DNA from: Alphaproteobacteria bacterium
GTDB taxonomy: Bacteria; Pseudomonadota; Alphaproteobacteria; UBA8366
Direction of reading: 5' to 3'
Length of the DNA stretch: 64,000 bases
NCBI GenBank assembly: GCA_049601975.1
Contig: JBMYRC010000002.1
Location: forward strand, 18,683 to 82,682
Under the pieces are notes generated by a model. The model worked only from the letters and a program-made list of their open reading frames with translations, searched no databases and was not told where the DNA came from. Shown here piece by piece: positions 42,692 to 56,956 of this stretch (position 1 is its first letter; each line of letters begins with the position of its first letter). The position numbers were made by a program, and so were the translations under genes.

Positions 42692-43488
42692 TAGGCTTCG
42701 CCTGTTAGCAAGACGCGGGTGGCCATCGTAACATCCGCCTGACGCATTAAGGATTCGCCCACCAGAACGCAATGAGCGCCGACGGCAGCCATGCGGTCGA
42801 GATCCTGGCGTGAGTTTAACCCGCTTTCTGCGACCAGAATTCGGTCTTTCGGTGCCAATTTCGCTAGTTCTTCTGATGTTGTAATATCAACCTCTAACGT
42901 CTTGAGATTACGATTGTTTATGCCGATCATGCGGGAGTTGATGCCGCTGGCGCGCTCAAGTTCCTCGGCGTTGTGAACTTCAATCAACACGTCCATCCCA
43001 AGATCAGTTGCGAGCCCGGCGAGTTCGTACGCGACTCTGTCTTCTAGTGCTGCCATGATTAACAAAATACAGTCCGCGCCGATCGCACGAGCCTCGAACA
43101 CTTGATAAGGATCAAGCATAAAATCCTTGCGAAGGACTGGAAGGCCGGTTGCCATGCGGGCGGCCGTCAGATAGCTGTCCTGTCCCTGGAAATAGTGGAT
43201 ATCGGTCAATACCGACAAACACGTGGCGCCACCGTTCGCATAGGCTCTCGCAATGGCTGCGGGCGCGAAGTCTTCTCGGATCAGACCTTTGCTCGGTGAA
43301 GCTTTCTTTATTTCCCCAATCAAGCCGGTTCCGCCCGCGGCGACCTTTGCAGCGAGACTATCCGCGAATCCGCGGATACTAGGCGCACTCGCGGCGCGCT
43401 TTTCAATTTCAGCGAGCGGGACTTCGTCTTGGCATCGTGCGACGTGCTCGCGTTTATCCGCGCAGATGCGGGCAAGTGTGTCGCTCAT
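42691..43488 (-). CDS. trpC: Indole-3-glycerol phosphate synthase
   Basis: 265 aa. Motifs ..[12 protein letters not shown].. and ..[10 protein letters not shown].. Confidence 0.92.
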   Translation of the reverse strand: MSDTLARICADKREHVARCQDEVPLAEIEKRAASAPSIRGFADSLAAKVAAGGTGLIGEIKKASPSKGLIREDFAPAAIARAYANGGATCLSVLTDIHYFQGQDSYLTAARMATGLPVLRKDFMLDPYQVFEARAIGADCILLIMAALEDRVAYELAGLATDLGMDVLIEVHNAEELERASGINSRMIGINNRNLKTLEVDITTSEELAKLAPKDRILVAESGLNSRQDLDRMAAVGAHCVLVGESLMRQADVTMATRVLLTGEA

Positions 43489-44513
43489 GAGCCGCTCGTG
43501 ATGGCAGAGAGCTTCTCCAGAGCCGCCGCGGACTTACCGTCGTCGATGGCGGCTGCCGCGACCGAGACGCCGTCGCCGAGTTCCGGCGTTTTTCCCGCGA
43601 TATAGAGGGCCGCCGCCGCACCAAACAGGGCGATATCCCGAAATGCGCCTTTCTTGCCGCCAAGCAGGTCCCTTATCGAAGCTGCGTTTTCCGCAGGAGT
43701 GCCGCCTTTCAAATCGTCGAGGGTTGCTAATGGCAAGCCCGCATCTTTTGGCGAAACCTCCTTCATCGTTACCTTTCCATCCGCCAATTCGGCGACGTAA
43801 GAAGAACCGGTTGTCGTCAATTCGTCCAACCCGTCGGCGCCGTGGACAACCCAAGCACGCTCCACGCCCAGATTGCCGAGCACCTGCGCCATGGGTTCGA
43901 CCCAACGGCGGTCGAATGTCCCCACCAGCAAGCGCTTTACGGAAGCCGGATTGGCCAATGGGCCAAGGATATTGAAAATCGTACGCACGCCCATCTCAAC
44001 TCGGGCCGGGCCGACATAGCGCATGGCGCTGTGATAGACGGGAGCCAACAAGAATCCAATCCCGGCTTCGCGAATGGCGCGTTCCACCGTGGCAATATCG
44101 GCTTCCAAATTGATTCCGAGCTCACTCAAAACATCGGCGGCGCCGGATTTGGACGAAGCCGCGCGATTGCCATGCTTTGCGACGGGAATTCCGCAGCCGG
44201 CAACAACGAGAGCAGTTGCCGTCGAAATATTTTGGGTTCCGATACCGTCACCTCCGGTGCCAACCACATCCATCGCGTCGGCGGGTGCTCGAACCGGTAG
44301 CATTTTTTCTCGCATGGTGCGGGCTGCGCCGGTAATTTCGTTAACGGTTTCGCCGCGGACCCGCAACGCCATTAGAAAGCCCGCGATTTGCGACGGTGTC
44401 GCTTCGCCCGACATGACAATGTTGAACGCTTCAGCCGCCTGAGTTTCGTCCAGGCTTTGGCCCTCAGCGACGATGGCGATCAGTCTTTTGAAGTTTTTAT
44501 CCGCGTCACTCAT
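43485..44513 (-). CDS. trpD: Anthranilate phosphoribosyltransferase
   Basis: 342 aa. Motifs ..MDVVGTGGDGIGTQNISTATA.. and ..KHGNRAASSKSGAADVLE.. Confidence 0.93.
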   Translation of the reverse strand: MSDADKNFKRLIAIVAEGQSLDETQAAEAFNIVMSGEATPSQIAGFLMALRVRGETVNEITGAARTMREKMLPVRAPADAMDVVGTGGDGIGTQNISTATALVVAGCGIPVAKHGNRAASSKSGAADVLSELGINLEADIATVERAIREAGIGFLLAPVYHSAMRYVGPARVEMGVRTIFNILGPLANPASVKRLLVGTFDRRWVEPMAQVLGNLGVERAWVVHGADGLDELTTTGSSYVAELADGKVTMKEVSPKDAGLPLATLDDLKGGTPAENAASIRDLLGGKKGAFRDIALFGAAAALYIAGKTPELGDGVSVAAAAIDDGKSAAALEKLSAITSGS

Positions 44514-44701
44514 TCGATTCTTCGAACCTTTCTTGTCCGACGCGATATTCAGGGTATTCGTAGGGACGGGTCAATACTGCGTCTTCGTTATTTTGCCGAG
44601 TCCTTCGGAGTTTGAGGTGAAAACATCTGGTTCCCCTATATCGCGGCGACTAAAGTCAGCCCGAGATTCTCCCGATTAACTGAAAGAATGGTCGCTTTAC
44701 G

Positions 44702-46264
44702 ATGTCCTGGGATACTGAAATCCGCGAAGTACACAAAAAACGCGAACTCGCGAAGTCCTTGGGCGGGAAAGAGGGCGTCGAACGCCAACACGCAAAAGGT
44801 CGATTGACGATACGGGAGCGGGTCGATGGGCTTTTGGATGAAAATTCCTTTCAGGAACTGGGAATGGGCGCAGGAAGCGCCTATCGAGACGATGATGGCA
44901 ATGTAACAGAGTTTCTGCCGGCGAATTTCGTCTTAGGTTTCGGAAAAGTTGGCGGTCGGGATTGTATTGTCGGCGGTGAAGATTTCACTCTGAAAGGCGG
45001 CTCCCCGAATGCGGCAGGGTTGCGCAAAAGCGTATATGCGGAAGAATTGGCACTTAAGTATAAAATGCCACTTATCCGCCTCCACGAAGGCGGTGGCGGT
45101 AGCGTGACTGGAGCCGGAGGTGGGAAGGGCGTGCCTGCAACCGTCGGCTCACCGGTGTTCGACGCCCCTCGGTTCAGGTCGGTCGCGCGAACCATGGGAA
45201 CGGTACCTGTCGCAACGGCGGCATTGGGGCCGGTCGCAGGGCTGCCGGCATCCCGTTTGGTATCGTCGCATTTCTGTGTGATGACGCGGGAAAATTCTCA
45301 AGTGTTGGTCGCGGGTCCAGCCGTTGTGGCCCGAGCGCTTGGGGAAAATCTCACGAAGGAAGAGCTCGGCAGTGCCGACGTCCATACCAGAAATGGTGTT
45401 GCGGACAATATGGCGAAGGACGAAGTCGACGCTTTAACTCAGATTCGCCAGTTTCTCAGTTATATGCCCAGCAATGTTTGGGAATTAACGCCGGATAGCG
45501 ACATCAGTGATCCCGTAGACCGGTGCGAAGACGATCTTGCGACGATAATTCCGAAGGATAGGCGCAAGCCCTACGATATGCGAAAATTGATCTCCCTTGT
45601 GGTAGACCATGACAGTTTCTTCGAACTCGGTCGGCGCTATGGTCCGGGACAGATCGTCGGGTATGCGCGGTTGAACGGGCAAGTTGTCGGTATTTTTGGT
45701 AACGATTGCCGATATTACGCGGGATCGATGACCGCCGCCGGGGCTCAGAAAGTCCGCAAATTCGTGGAGACGTGCGAGACATTCCATATCCCCATCATCG
45801 CCTTGGTCGATGAGCCCGGATTTATGATCGGTAGTGAGGCCGAGAAAGAAGGCACCATTAAGTTTGGAACGGCGACTGTCTTGGCGGTCGCCGATTGCAG
45901 CGTACCCTGGGCCTCTATTGTCGTGAAGAAATCATATGGCGTCGCGCAGGCGGCTCATTACGGAAATGACGCTTATGTGCTGCTTTGGCCGTCTGCAGAG
46001 ATGGGAGCTTTACCGCTTGAAGGTGGTGTCGCCGTAGCATTTGGTCGTGAAATCGAAGCCGCTGAGGATCCAGACGCAAAACGCCGCGAGCTTGAGGACA
46101 TGATGGCGGCAAGATTGTCGCCGTTTCCGCGCGCCGAGTCTTTCTCAGCGCATGACATTATCGATCCCCGGGAAACCCGGCCGATGCTGTGTGCCTGGAT
46201 CGATAGAGTCCGCCCTTTGTTACCTCAATTGTTGGGCCCGACTCACTTTACGATGAAGCCGTGA
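44702..46264 (+). CDS. Acyl-CoA carboxylase carboxyltransferase (beta) subunit family protein
   Basis: 520 aa. Two crotonase-like CT domains with an N-terminus like propionyl-CoA carboxylase beta / methylmalonyl-CoA carboxyltransferase (..RQHAKGRLTIRERVDGLLDENSFQELG..). No biotin carboxylase or BCCP gene is nearby. Confidence 0.8.
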   Translation: MSWDTEIREVHKKRELAKSLGGKEGVERQHAKGRLTIRERVDGLLDENSFQELGMGAGSAYRDDDGNVTEFLPANFVLGFGKVGGRDCIVGGEDFTLKGGSPNAAGLRKSVYAEELALKYKMPLIRLHEGGGGSVTGAGGGKGVPATVGSPVFDAPRFRSVARTMGTVPVATAALGPVAGLPASRLVSSHFCVMTRENSQVLVAGPAVVARALGENLTKEELGSADVHTRNGVADNMAKDEVDALTQIRQFLSYMPSNVWELTPDSDISDPVDRCEDDLATIIPKDRRKPYDMRKLISLVVDHDSFFELGRRYGPGQIVGYARLNGQVVGIFGNDCRYYAGSMTAAGAQKVRKFVETCETFHIPIIALVDEPGFMIGSEAEKEGTIKFGTATVLAVADCSVPWASIVVKKSYGVAQAAHYGNDAYVLLWPSAEMGALPLEGGVAVAFGREIEAAEDPDAKRRELEDMMAARLSPFPRAESFSAHDIIDPRETRPMLCAWIDRVRPLLPQLLGPTHFTMKP

Positions 46265-46309
46265 CCATCAGTACTTCACTCAGTTTAGCCTCTATTATTT
46301 GCGCCCAAC

Positions 46310-47440
46310 ATGTCGGATGACCGTTACAGAAAGATCGAACGATCGAAGCGACGCGGTCGGCCGATGCCTTTGGCCAAGCGCCGAAGACGCTTGCCGTTGG
46401 GCCTGGATCGACTCTTCAAAGAACGCCGATACGTATTTGCGGGTCTGATCGTTTTCTTTGTGCTGGGTGCTTCGATTGGCGGTTATCTGGGCTCTCAATC
46501 AAAAGACAGGCCCGCGGACAATACGAGGCCAGACGCGGCTTCGAATAAAACGCAAGTCCCTGCTAAACCTACCGCTAACGCCACTGTAAGAGCTTATGCG
46601 TATAGCACGCCTTTGAAACGAACAGAGGTGAATTCGGCGCCGGTGAGTTACAAGGGAAAATCTAATCCGAAACCGGTAGCGGAACCGCAAACACAAGCCC
46701 CCCCGGTAAATCCCGAAAGCGAGCGTCCATCGAAACAGAAATTGGCTTCGGTAACACAGAACAGACCCAACGTCACAAATCCAAGGATCGCAATTGTCAT
46801 CGACGACTTGGGCATTGATCAAAAACGCACGCGCAACGCCATTGCCTTGAAGGCGCCGCTGACAATGGCCTTCCTGCCGTATGGATATAACCTAAGAGTG
46901 TTGACGAAAGATGCGCTGAGTGCGGGGCACGAACTCATCGTTCATTTGCCGATGCAACCAATAGCAGCCGATGCTAATCCGGGGCCAAACGCGCTGCTGC
47001 ATCATCTAGACGAAGATGAAATTCGCAGCAGGCTTGCTTGGAATCTGTCACAATTTGACGGCTTCGTCGGAATTAACAATCACATGGGCAGCGATTTTAC
47101 CACTTGGGACGAAGGCATGTCCGTCGTGTTGGGGGAAATCAAGGCGCGCGGCCTTTTTTACCTCGACTCACTTACGAGTCCAAACTCCGTCGCCAAGGCC
47201 GTTGGTCGACGGGAAGGACTTAGCATTATGGTACGCGACGTCTTTCTGGATAACGTACCGGACGAGGCGCGTATCCTTGCCCAATTATTGGAACTTGAAA
47301 AGATCAGTCGGCGGCGCGGCTATGCCATTGGTATCGGGCATCCGTACGACGCCACTGTGGCAGCCCTTTCGGAATGGCTCAGAACTTTACCCGATAAGGG
47401 GATGGTCTTGGTGCCGTTAAGTAAGGTGCGAGGGCGCTAA
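46310..47440 (+). CDS. Divergent polysaccharide deacetylase (YibQ-like) with N-terminal TM anchor and disordered linker
   Basis: 376 aa. Basic N-terminus, one TM segment (VFAGLIVFFVLGASIGGYLG), a ~120-aa Pro/Lys/Ala-rich linker, then ..PRIAIVIDDLGID...AFLPYG...HLPMQP...GINNHMGS.. Confidence 0.75.
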   Translation: MSDDRYRKIERSKRRGRPMPLAKRRRRLPLGLDRLFKERRYVFAGLIVFFVLGASIGGYLGSQSKDRPADNTRPDAASNKTQVPAKPTANATVRAYAYSTPLKRTEVNSAPVSYKGKSNPKPVAEPQTQAPPVNPESERPSKQKLASVTQNRPNVTNPRIAIVIDDLGIDQKRTRNAIALKAPLTMAFLPYGYNLRVLTKDALSAGHELIVHLPMQPIAADANPGPNALLHHLDEDEIRSRLAWNLSQFDGFVGINNHMGSDFTTWDEGMSVVLGEIKARGLFYLDSLTSPNSVAKAVGRREGLSIMVRDVFLDNVPDEARILAQLLELEKISRRRGYAIGIGHPYDATVAALSEWLRTLPDKGMVLVPLSKVRGR

Positions 47441-47452
47441 CCCAATCGGCAT

Positions 47453-49360
47453 TTAATTCTGACGGCCGTAACTGCTGTCGTCAGCGAATAGCTGCTGCAA
47501 AGCAGCATTATTTATGACCGCCCCATGCGAATCGCGAAGCGCTTGATTGTATTGATATAAAATATCACTGGTTATCGACCCACGTAGATTTTGTGCGAGA
47601 CCACGATATCCCTCGACGTCCGTATTGGGCCTTGCTGTTTGAATTTCGGTCAGTTTCGCGACGATGAACCGGTCTCCGGCGCGGCCGACGGCAACCTTGC
47701 CGGTCGTCTTAAAGCTGAATAATTGACTGACGACGTCAAAGGGAAGATTGGACCGTGCTGCGCCGTCTTGACGGGTGATTGGATTGGTCGGGACAAGGGC
47801 TTGGCCTTCCGCTTCCGGGATGTCCTTCAACTCGCGTCCAGCTTCCAAAGCCTGAGCGAGACTTTTGGCACGAACCTCTGCAAGTTCGATCCGTTTTTGA
47901 TGTTTCCAGGACGCCACGACGCGGTCTTTCACGGTATCGACCGATTGCAGTGCAGCCGGCGTGATCCCTGAGACCCGAATGATGAAAAATCCACCGTCTT
48001 GGTCTGTGCTCGTGAGCGTACCGGGCTCATTGATTCCCGCAGCGAAAACATTCTCCATGAAAGGCGCGCCCGGTAGGTCTTTAACTTCATTCCCAGTCGC
48101 GTCACGCCCGGCCGCGTCAATACTCGGCAGTGATTTCAATGTGAGACCAAGACTGCGTGCGGCAGCTTCCAACGAGGCACCGGAGCCAATGGCATCTTCA
48201 AGTTTGTTCGCGGCGCGATAGACGTCGTCGACAGCTTTCTCGGCACTGAGTTCTTGTGTCAAACGCTCCCTCGCGTCGGAGAGTCTGGCTTCTCGGCCCG
48301 CATTGATCTTTTCAACCTTGAAAATATGCCAACCGAACGGTCCTTTCAGCGGTTTAGACGCTTCACCATTCGAAAGTTGGAATACATCCGGCGACAACTC
48401 CGCCGGCAAATCACCTTTCGAGATTTCACCGAGGTCAATACTCGCTGATGTCTGACCGGCGATATCTTTGGCAACGGTCGCGAAATCCTCGCCGGCGTCC
48501 AAGCGTTCTTTTGCGGTCTTTGCTTGATCTTCCGCCGTGACCACCATCTGCAAGACTTTACGGGTTTCGGGAACGCTGAATTCCTGCGCGCGTTCTTCAA
48601 AGGCAGCGACGAGTTCATCATCGGAGATCGTGATGCGTTTCGCGAATATTCCGGCGGAGAGATCGATAAAATGCACCGCACGGCGTTCCGGTGCGGTGAA
48701 CTCGGCTTCGTTGGCTTTGTGGTATTCGTTCAGGTCCGAGAGCGTAGGCTCCGCGACTTTAGCGGTGGGGTTGACACGAATATTGGTTATTCCGGCCACA
48801 CGTTTTTCCTCACGCCAACCGTAGAGGGCATCGGCCACCGATTTTGGAACTTGAATTGTCGTCGAAATACTATCGAGCGCTTGATTGCGGGCAATATCTT
48901 GGCGCAATTCGACGACATACATGTCCTCGGTCATGCCATTGGCGCGCAGCAATTGTTCGAACTGTATCCGGTCGAATGTTCCCAAACTGCCACGAAACGC
49001 CGGGTTAGAACGGATGTCTTCGGCGATATTCGCATCGCTGGCCGTCAATCTACGCTCAAATACCTCTGCATCGAAGCTGGCTCGGCTGACCATGTTTTGA
49101 ACCACTCGGTCGATTAGACCGAGCTGACGTGCTCGTTCCGGGTCGACATTCATTCGGCGCAGGCGATTTAATTCGCGTTGATATTCATTGCTAACCTGTT
49201 GCGCGCCAATTTTTATGGGTCCGACTTCCGCTACGGTGCCGCCAAATAAACCACCGGTGAAGACGTCACCCATGCCCCAAAGAGCAAAGCTCATAACCAG
49301 CAATCCGAAGAGCACTTTCACGAAAATGGAACCAATCGAATTTCGAAGAGATTGAAGCAT
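47453..49360 (-). CDS. ppiD: Periplasmic chaperone / peptidyl-prolyl isomerase PpiD-like
   Basis: Track ORF 47453-49372 starts at a TTG. ATG at 49360 gives MLQSLRNSIGSIFVKVLFGLLVMSFALWGMGDVF, the typical PpiD membrane-anchored N-terminus. A parvulin-like domain follows (..KGPFGWHIFKV..). Confidence 0.82.
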   Translation of the reverse strand: MLQSLRNSIGSIFVKVLFGLLVMSFALWGMGDVFTGGLFGGTVAEVGPIKIGAQQVSNEYQRELNRLRRMNVDPERARQLGLIDRVVQNMVSRASFDAEVFERRLTASDANIAEDIRSNPAFRGSLGTFDRIQFEQLLRANGMTEDMYVVELRQDIARNQALDSISTTIQVPKSVADALYGWREEKRVAGITNIRVNPTAKVAEPTLSDLNEYHKANEAEFTAPERRAVHFIDLSAGIFAKRITISDDELVAAFEERAQEFSVPETRKVLQMVVTAEDQAKTAKERLDAGEDFATVAKDIAGQTSASIDLGEISKGDLPAELSPDVFQLSNGEASKPLKGPFGWHIFKVEKINAGREARLSDARERLTQELSAEKAVDDVYRAANKLEDAIGSGASLEAAARSLGLTLKSLPSIDAAGRDATGNEVKDLPGAPFMENVFAAGINEPGTLTSTDQDGGFFIIRVSGITPAALQSVDTVKDRVVASWKHQKRIELAEVRAKSLAQALEAGRELKDIPEAEGQALVPTNPITRQDGAARSNLPFDVVSQLFSFKTTGKVAVGRAGDRFIVAKLTEIQTARPNTDVEGYRGLAQNLRGSITSDILYQYNQALRDSHGAVINNAALQQLFADDSSYGRQN

Positions 49361-49582
49361 GGTGATATGCAACCGTTGTTAGCGTGAAGAGTGCCGGATA
49401 AGGCGGCTCGTATTTTGATGCGCATGATAGTGAGCGCGCAATTGACCCGCAACCGACAATAGCGTCATCCGAATTTACGACAAATGAGGACATCAAGGGC
49501 GTGGTTCCAGCAACGGACGCATGCTATTTAGAGTTTAAAGCTGAAGAGAGAATTAACCGGTAAATGGGGGAGAAATAAGGCA

Positions 49583-50329
49583 ATGACGCGGATGCTTATC
49601 GCAGGTAACTGGAAAATGAACGGCGAGCTGGACATGGCGCGTGAGCTGGCCGTGGCGATTAAAGAGGGAAGCTCCGCGCATAACTGCGAGTATCTACTTT
49701 GTCCGCCGGCGACCGCTCTCTCCAGCGTGGCGGAGCAGTTGAAGGATTCCGGTGTTTCGCTTGGTGGGCAGGATTGCCATGCAGAAGCGTCCGGTGCGCA
49801 CACCGGCGATATCTCCGTTGGTATGTTGTCCGATATTGGTTGCCAATATGTGATTGTGGGACATTCAGAGCGACGATCCGATCACAGGGAATCGGATGCA
49901 GTTGTGAAAGCGAAGGCGGAGGCCGCACAGGCAGGTGGTCTAACGGCGATAATTTGCGTTGGCGAGAGCGACAGCCAGCGCGAATCCGGCGAGGCGCTTT
50001 CTGTTGTGGAAGGTCAGGTAACAAATAGCCTGCCGAACGGTGCGACGTCGTCGAATACGGTTATCGCCTATGAGCCTGTTTGGGCTATCGGTACAGGCAA
50101 AGTGCCGACTTTGGATCAAATCACTGAAATGCATCTGCACATACAATCCGTTTTGAAGCGTGAGATGGGCGGTAATTCGCCGGAATCGACCAAATTGCTC
50201 TATGGTGGCTCGGTGAATGCGAAGAATGCCGATGAAATTTTGCAGTGCGATGGTGTGACGGGAGCTCTGGTTGGGGGAGCTAGTCTCCAAGCCGATAGTT
50301 TTCTCGCAATCGGACAAAGTTGCCCCTAG
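49583..50329 (+). CDS. tpiA: Triose-phosphate isomerase
   Basis: 248 aa. Motifs AGNWKMNG, VGHSERR, AYEPVWAIGTG. Confidence 0.95.
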   Translation: MTRMLIAGNWKMNGELDMARELAVAIKEGSSAHNCEYLLCPPATALSSVAEQLKDSGVSLGGQDCHAEASGAHTGDISVGMLSDIGCQYVIVGHSERRSDHRESDAVVKAKAEAAQAGGLTAIICVGESDSQRESGEALSVVEGQVTNSLPNGATSSNTVIAYEPVWAIGTGKVPTLDQITEMHLHIQSVLKREMGGNSPESTKLLYGGSVNAKNADEILQCDGVTGALVGGASLQADSFLAIGQSCP

Positions 50330-50402
50330 CCATCGCACGCAAGACCGATTAAATACTTCGCCAATCGGGCGCCGGTGCCTCATCGAACGAAAGCGTGTTC
50401 AG

Positions 50403-50726
50403 TTGACCACTATTTTACTCGTCATCCATCTCTTAATCGCCATCGCATTGGTGGTTGTCGTCTTGCTACAGCGGAGCGAGGGTGGCGGGCTTGGTATTGG
50501 CGGTGGAGGAGGCAGTGGTTCCGGTTTGGTGAGCGTGCGCGGAACCGCGAATCTCCTAACCCGCGCGACCGCTATATTGGCCGCATGCTTTATGCTCACG
50601 AGTCTTAGCTTAGCGATTTTAGCCGGCCATACGGGAGAGCGATCCTCGGTGCTCGACACGCAGCGCCCGCAATCCGAAACGGTTGCACCGAAGCCATCAG
50701 AACCTTCCGTGCCGCTTTCGAAATAG
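50403..50726 (+). CDS. secG: Preprotein translocase subunit SecG
   Basis: Track ORF 50271-50726. An in-frame TTG at 50403 gives (M)TTILLVIHLLIAIALVVVVLLQRSEGGGLG, the canonical SecG N-terminus. The start is uncertain. Confidence 0.8.
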   Translation: MTTILLVIHLLIAIALVVVVLLQRSEGGGLGIGGGGGSGSGLVSVRGTANLLTRATAILAACFMLTSLSLAILAGHTGERSSVLDTQRPQSETVAPKPSEPSVPLSK

Positions 50727-50749
50727 ACGCTAAAACGAGAACGATTTAA

Positions 50750-52444
<1,695 letters not shown>

Positions 52445-52460
52445 TACTGGAAAACCCCAA

Positions 52461-54607
<2,147 letters not shown>

Positions 54608-54756
54608 ATGAAACGGGGAGATAATCCCAGAGTAAACAAAAGCGGGACTAAAGATATCTTCATTAATTATAGGTAATACTATTTTCAACAACTTAATATT
54701 ACCTAGCATTTACTTATTATATTGACGGTATATTTCGTATCGTCCATTATCTTTAT

Positions 54757-55065
54757 ATGCTTCCACTTGGAAAGATAACGGACTTCACCCGACTGATTAC
54801 GCCTCCTGTCATTGGGGCGCTCGTTGTTGGTTATTTTGCATATCATTCGCTTAAAGGGGATCACGGCCTCAGTGCTTACTTGCTGTTGACGGCAGAAGTC
54901 ATCAAGGCGGAGAGCGTTTTAGCAGAGAGAGTCGGAGAGCGTACGCTCATCGAACGTCGGACCAAATTACTGGGCCCGGAAAACCTCGATTTGGACACTC
55001 TTGACGAGCGGGCGAGGGCGGACTTGAACCTTTTAGAAGAGGATGAACGGGTTATTTTGGATTGA
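54757..55065 (+). CDS. ftsB: Septum formation initiator (FtsB/DivIC family)
   Basis: 102 aa. One N-terminal TM helix followed by a coiled coil. Canonical position after eno. Confidence 0.8.
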   Translation: MLPLGKITDFTRLITPPVIGALVVGYFAYHSLKGDHGLSAYLLLTAEVIKAESVLAERVGERTLIERRTKLLGPENLDLDTLDERARADLNLLEEDERVILD

Positions 55066-55247
55066 GCTTTTGTTCACAGAACTGCGAACGAAAATTTCCT
55101 CATTTCGGATGCTCAACGAGTCGACTGCAAAAGAAGTTTTTATCCGCGCGGCTAGCGATATGATACTAGAATGCTAATTAACACTAGATATTGTGTTTTG
55201 ATCTTAAGTCTTGCCTCTTTATCCAAATCAATACGAAAGAATGCAGC

Positions 55248-55691
55248 ATGAATGATTGGAAAAAAATACACCTCGATGAACCCGATATGTGGCCAAAAGA
55301 CGTCATCGTAAAGATGGAAGCTAGCCACGATGATGCTCGAGGGTCGATCCAACCGCTCTATGACCTGCCGACCAAAAGCGTCGTATTGATCTCGTCGAAA
55401 AAAGGAACCGTGCGCGCCAATCACTACCATCTGACGGATTGGCACTACTGCTATGTCACCGAGGGTGAAATTGACTATTATCATCGTCGGCACGGGTCAG
55501 AGGAAGCGCCGGAACTTTTAACCGTGAAAGCTGGAGAGCTGTTTTTCACGCCGCCCATGGTCGACCATGCAATGGTCTTCACTCAAGACACGACGTTCTT
55601 CACTTTCGGGCGCAACCCCAGAGACCAAGAATCTTACGAGGCGGATGTACGAAGGATTGAAATGATAGATCCCGCGACAATCAAGGTATAA
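55248..55691 (+). CDS. Cupin-fold NDP-sugar epimerase/ketoisomerase-like protein (RmlC / FdtA-WxcM-like)
   Basis: Track ORF 55191-55691. ATG 55248 gives a 147-aa protein. Motif DARGSIQPL...GTVRANHYHLTDWHYCYVTEGEI...FTPPMVDHAM matches the small sugar-cupin pattern (RG...R[GA]xH.H). Confidence 0.6.
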   Translation: MNDWKKIHLDEPDMWPKDVIVKMEASHDDARGSIQPLYDLPTKSVVLISSKKGTVRANHYHLTDWHYCYVTEGEIDYYHRRHGSEEAPELLTVKAGELFFTPPMVDHAMVFTQDTTFFTFGRNPRDQESYEADVRRIEMIDPATIKV

Positions 55692-55699
55692 CCCTGGAT

Positions 55700-56956
55700 A
55701 TGCCGACGTGCCGGCTTCGTTCGGATTGCCGCCTGTGTAATAACGATGGATTGCAGGTCGTTTGTACTTTGTCGTCCACACCGCCCGCGAATGATTTTCG
55801 ACCGGCTTCTTCATTAAATGAAATTCAAGATGTGTTCCCGCTGGAGCTGATGCTCTGCGACGAATGCGGACATCTACAACTCGGCCATGTTGTTGACCCG
55901 GAAAGCCTTTTTTCCGATTATGTATATGTTTCCGGCACGTCTCCTAGTTTCGTTGCTCATTTTGATGCCTATGCAAATACCGTGTGGTCCATGGGGGCTG
56001 GTGCTGCAAATGATTTAGTTGTCGATATTGGCTCTAACGATGGCACGCTCCTCAAATCATTTCGAGAAATGGGCGCGCGAATTCAAGGAATCGATCCCGC
56101 ACAGAAAATTGCAAACGCCGCAAATAAGAGCGGTGTGCCGACCATTGCAGCTTTCTTTTCGAGCGAGATCGCCGCGCGGATTGTCGAAGAAGAAGGGCAA
56201 GCTCAAATCATAACGGCGAACAATGTGTGCGCTCATATCGACAATCTCAGCAGCGTAGTGGAGGCTGTTGTCACACTCTTGGCCCCCGACGGTCTATTCG
56301 TCTTCGAAGTGTCTTACCTATTGGATGTCATAGAGAAAACGCTGTTCGACACCGTCTATCATGAGCATTTGGACTACCACGCATTGAAGCCATTGGTGCC
56401 CTTTTTACAAACGCACGGCTTACACCTGTTTCATGCAGAGCGAATTCCCAGTCATGGCGGTTCCATTCGAATATTTGCGGCACCGGAGGCAAGCGGACGT
56501 AGAACGAGCGATGAACTAATGGCGTTACTTGCCGCCGAGGATACCAGTGGACTGGCGGAACCGGGTGTCTATGGGGAGTTCTCTCGCAAGATCCAAAATG
56601 CGGGAAATGAACTTAGTCGATTGATAGAGACGGCGCGCGCGGAAGGCCGCCGAATGGCGGGATATGGCGCTCCAGCCAAAGCGACAACGCTGATGTATCA
56701 GTTCGGCCTCAAACCGGAAGATTTAGCCTACATCGTGGATGATAGCCCTTGGAAACAAGGTCTCCATAGTCCCGGTTTGAATATTCCTGTTGTTCCAGCC
56801 ACCCGGTTAATCGAAGACCCGGTCGACGATTTACTCATTCTGGCGTGGAATTTTGCGGAACCAATCATTGAAAATAATCGGCAATTCTTGCATTCGGGCA
56901 ATCGTTTTGTCGTTCCCTTGCCCACATTAAAGGTAGTGAGTGCGGATAGTGAATAA
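55700..56956 (+). CDS. SAM-dependent NDP-hexose C-methyltransferase family protein (TylC3-like architecture)
   Basis: 418 aa. N-terminal Cys-rich zinc-ribbon (CRLRSDCRLC...CDECGH), class I SAM motif VVDIGSNDGTLL, and a C-terminal C-methyltransferase-type domain (..ANNVCAHIDN.., ..YHEHLDYH.., ..GYGAPAKATT..). Confidence 0.75.
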   Translation: MPTCRLRSDCRLCNNDGLQVVCTLSSTPPANDFRPASSLNEIQDVFPLELMLCDECGHLQLGHVVDPESLFSDYVYVSGTSPSFVAHFDAYANTVWSMGAGAANDLVVDIGSNDGTLLKSFREMGARIQGIDPAQKIANAANKSGVPTIAAFFSSEIAARIVEEEGQAQIITANNVCAHIDNLSSVVEAVVTLLAPDGLFVFEVSYLLDVIEKTLFDTVYHEHLDYHALKPLVPFLQTHGLHLFHAERIPSHGGSIRIFAAPEASGRRTSDELMALLAAEDTSGLAEPGVYGEFSRKIQNAGNELSRLIETARAEGRRMAGYGAPAKATTLMYQFGLKPEDLAYIVDDSPWKQGLHSPGLNIPVVPATRLIEDPVDDLLILAWNFAEPIIENNRQFLHSGNRFVVPLPTLKVVSADSE

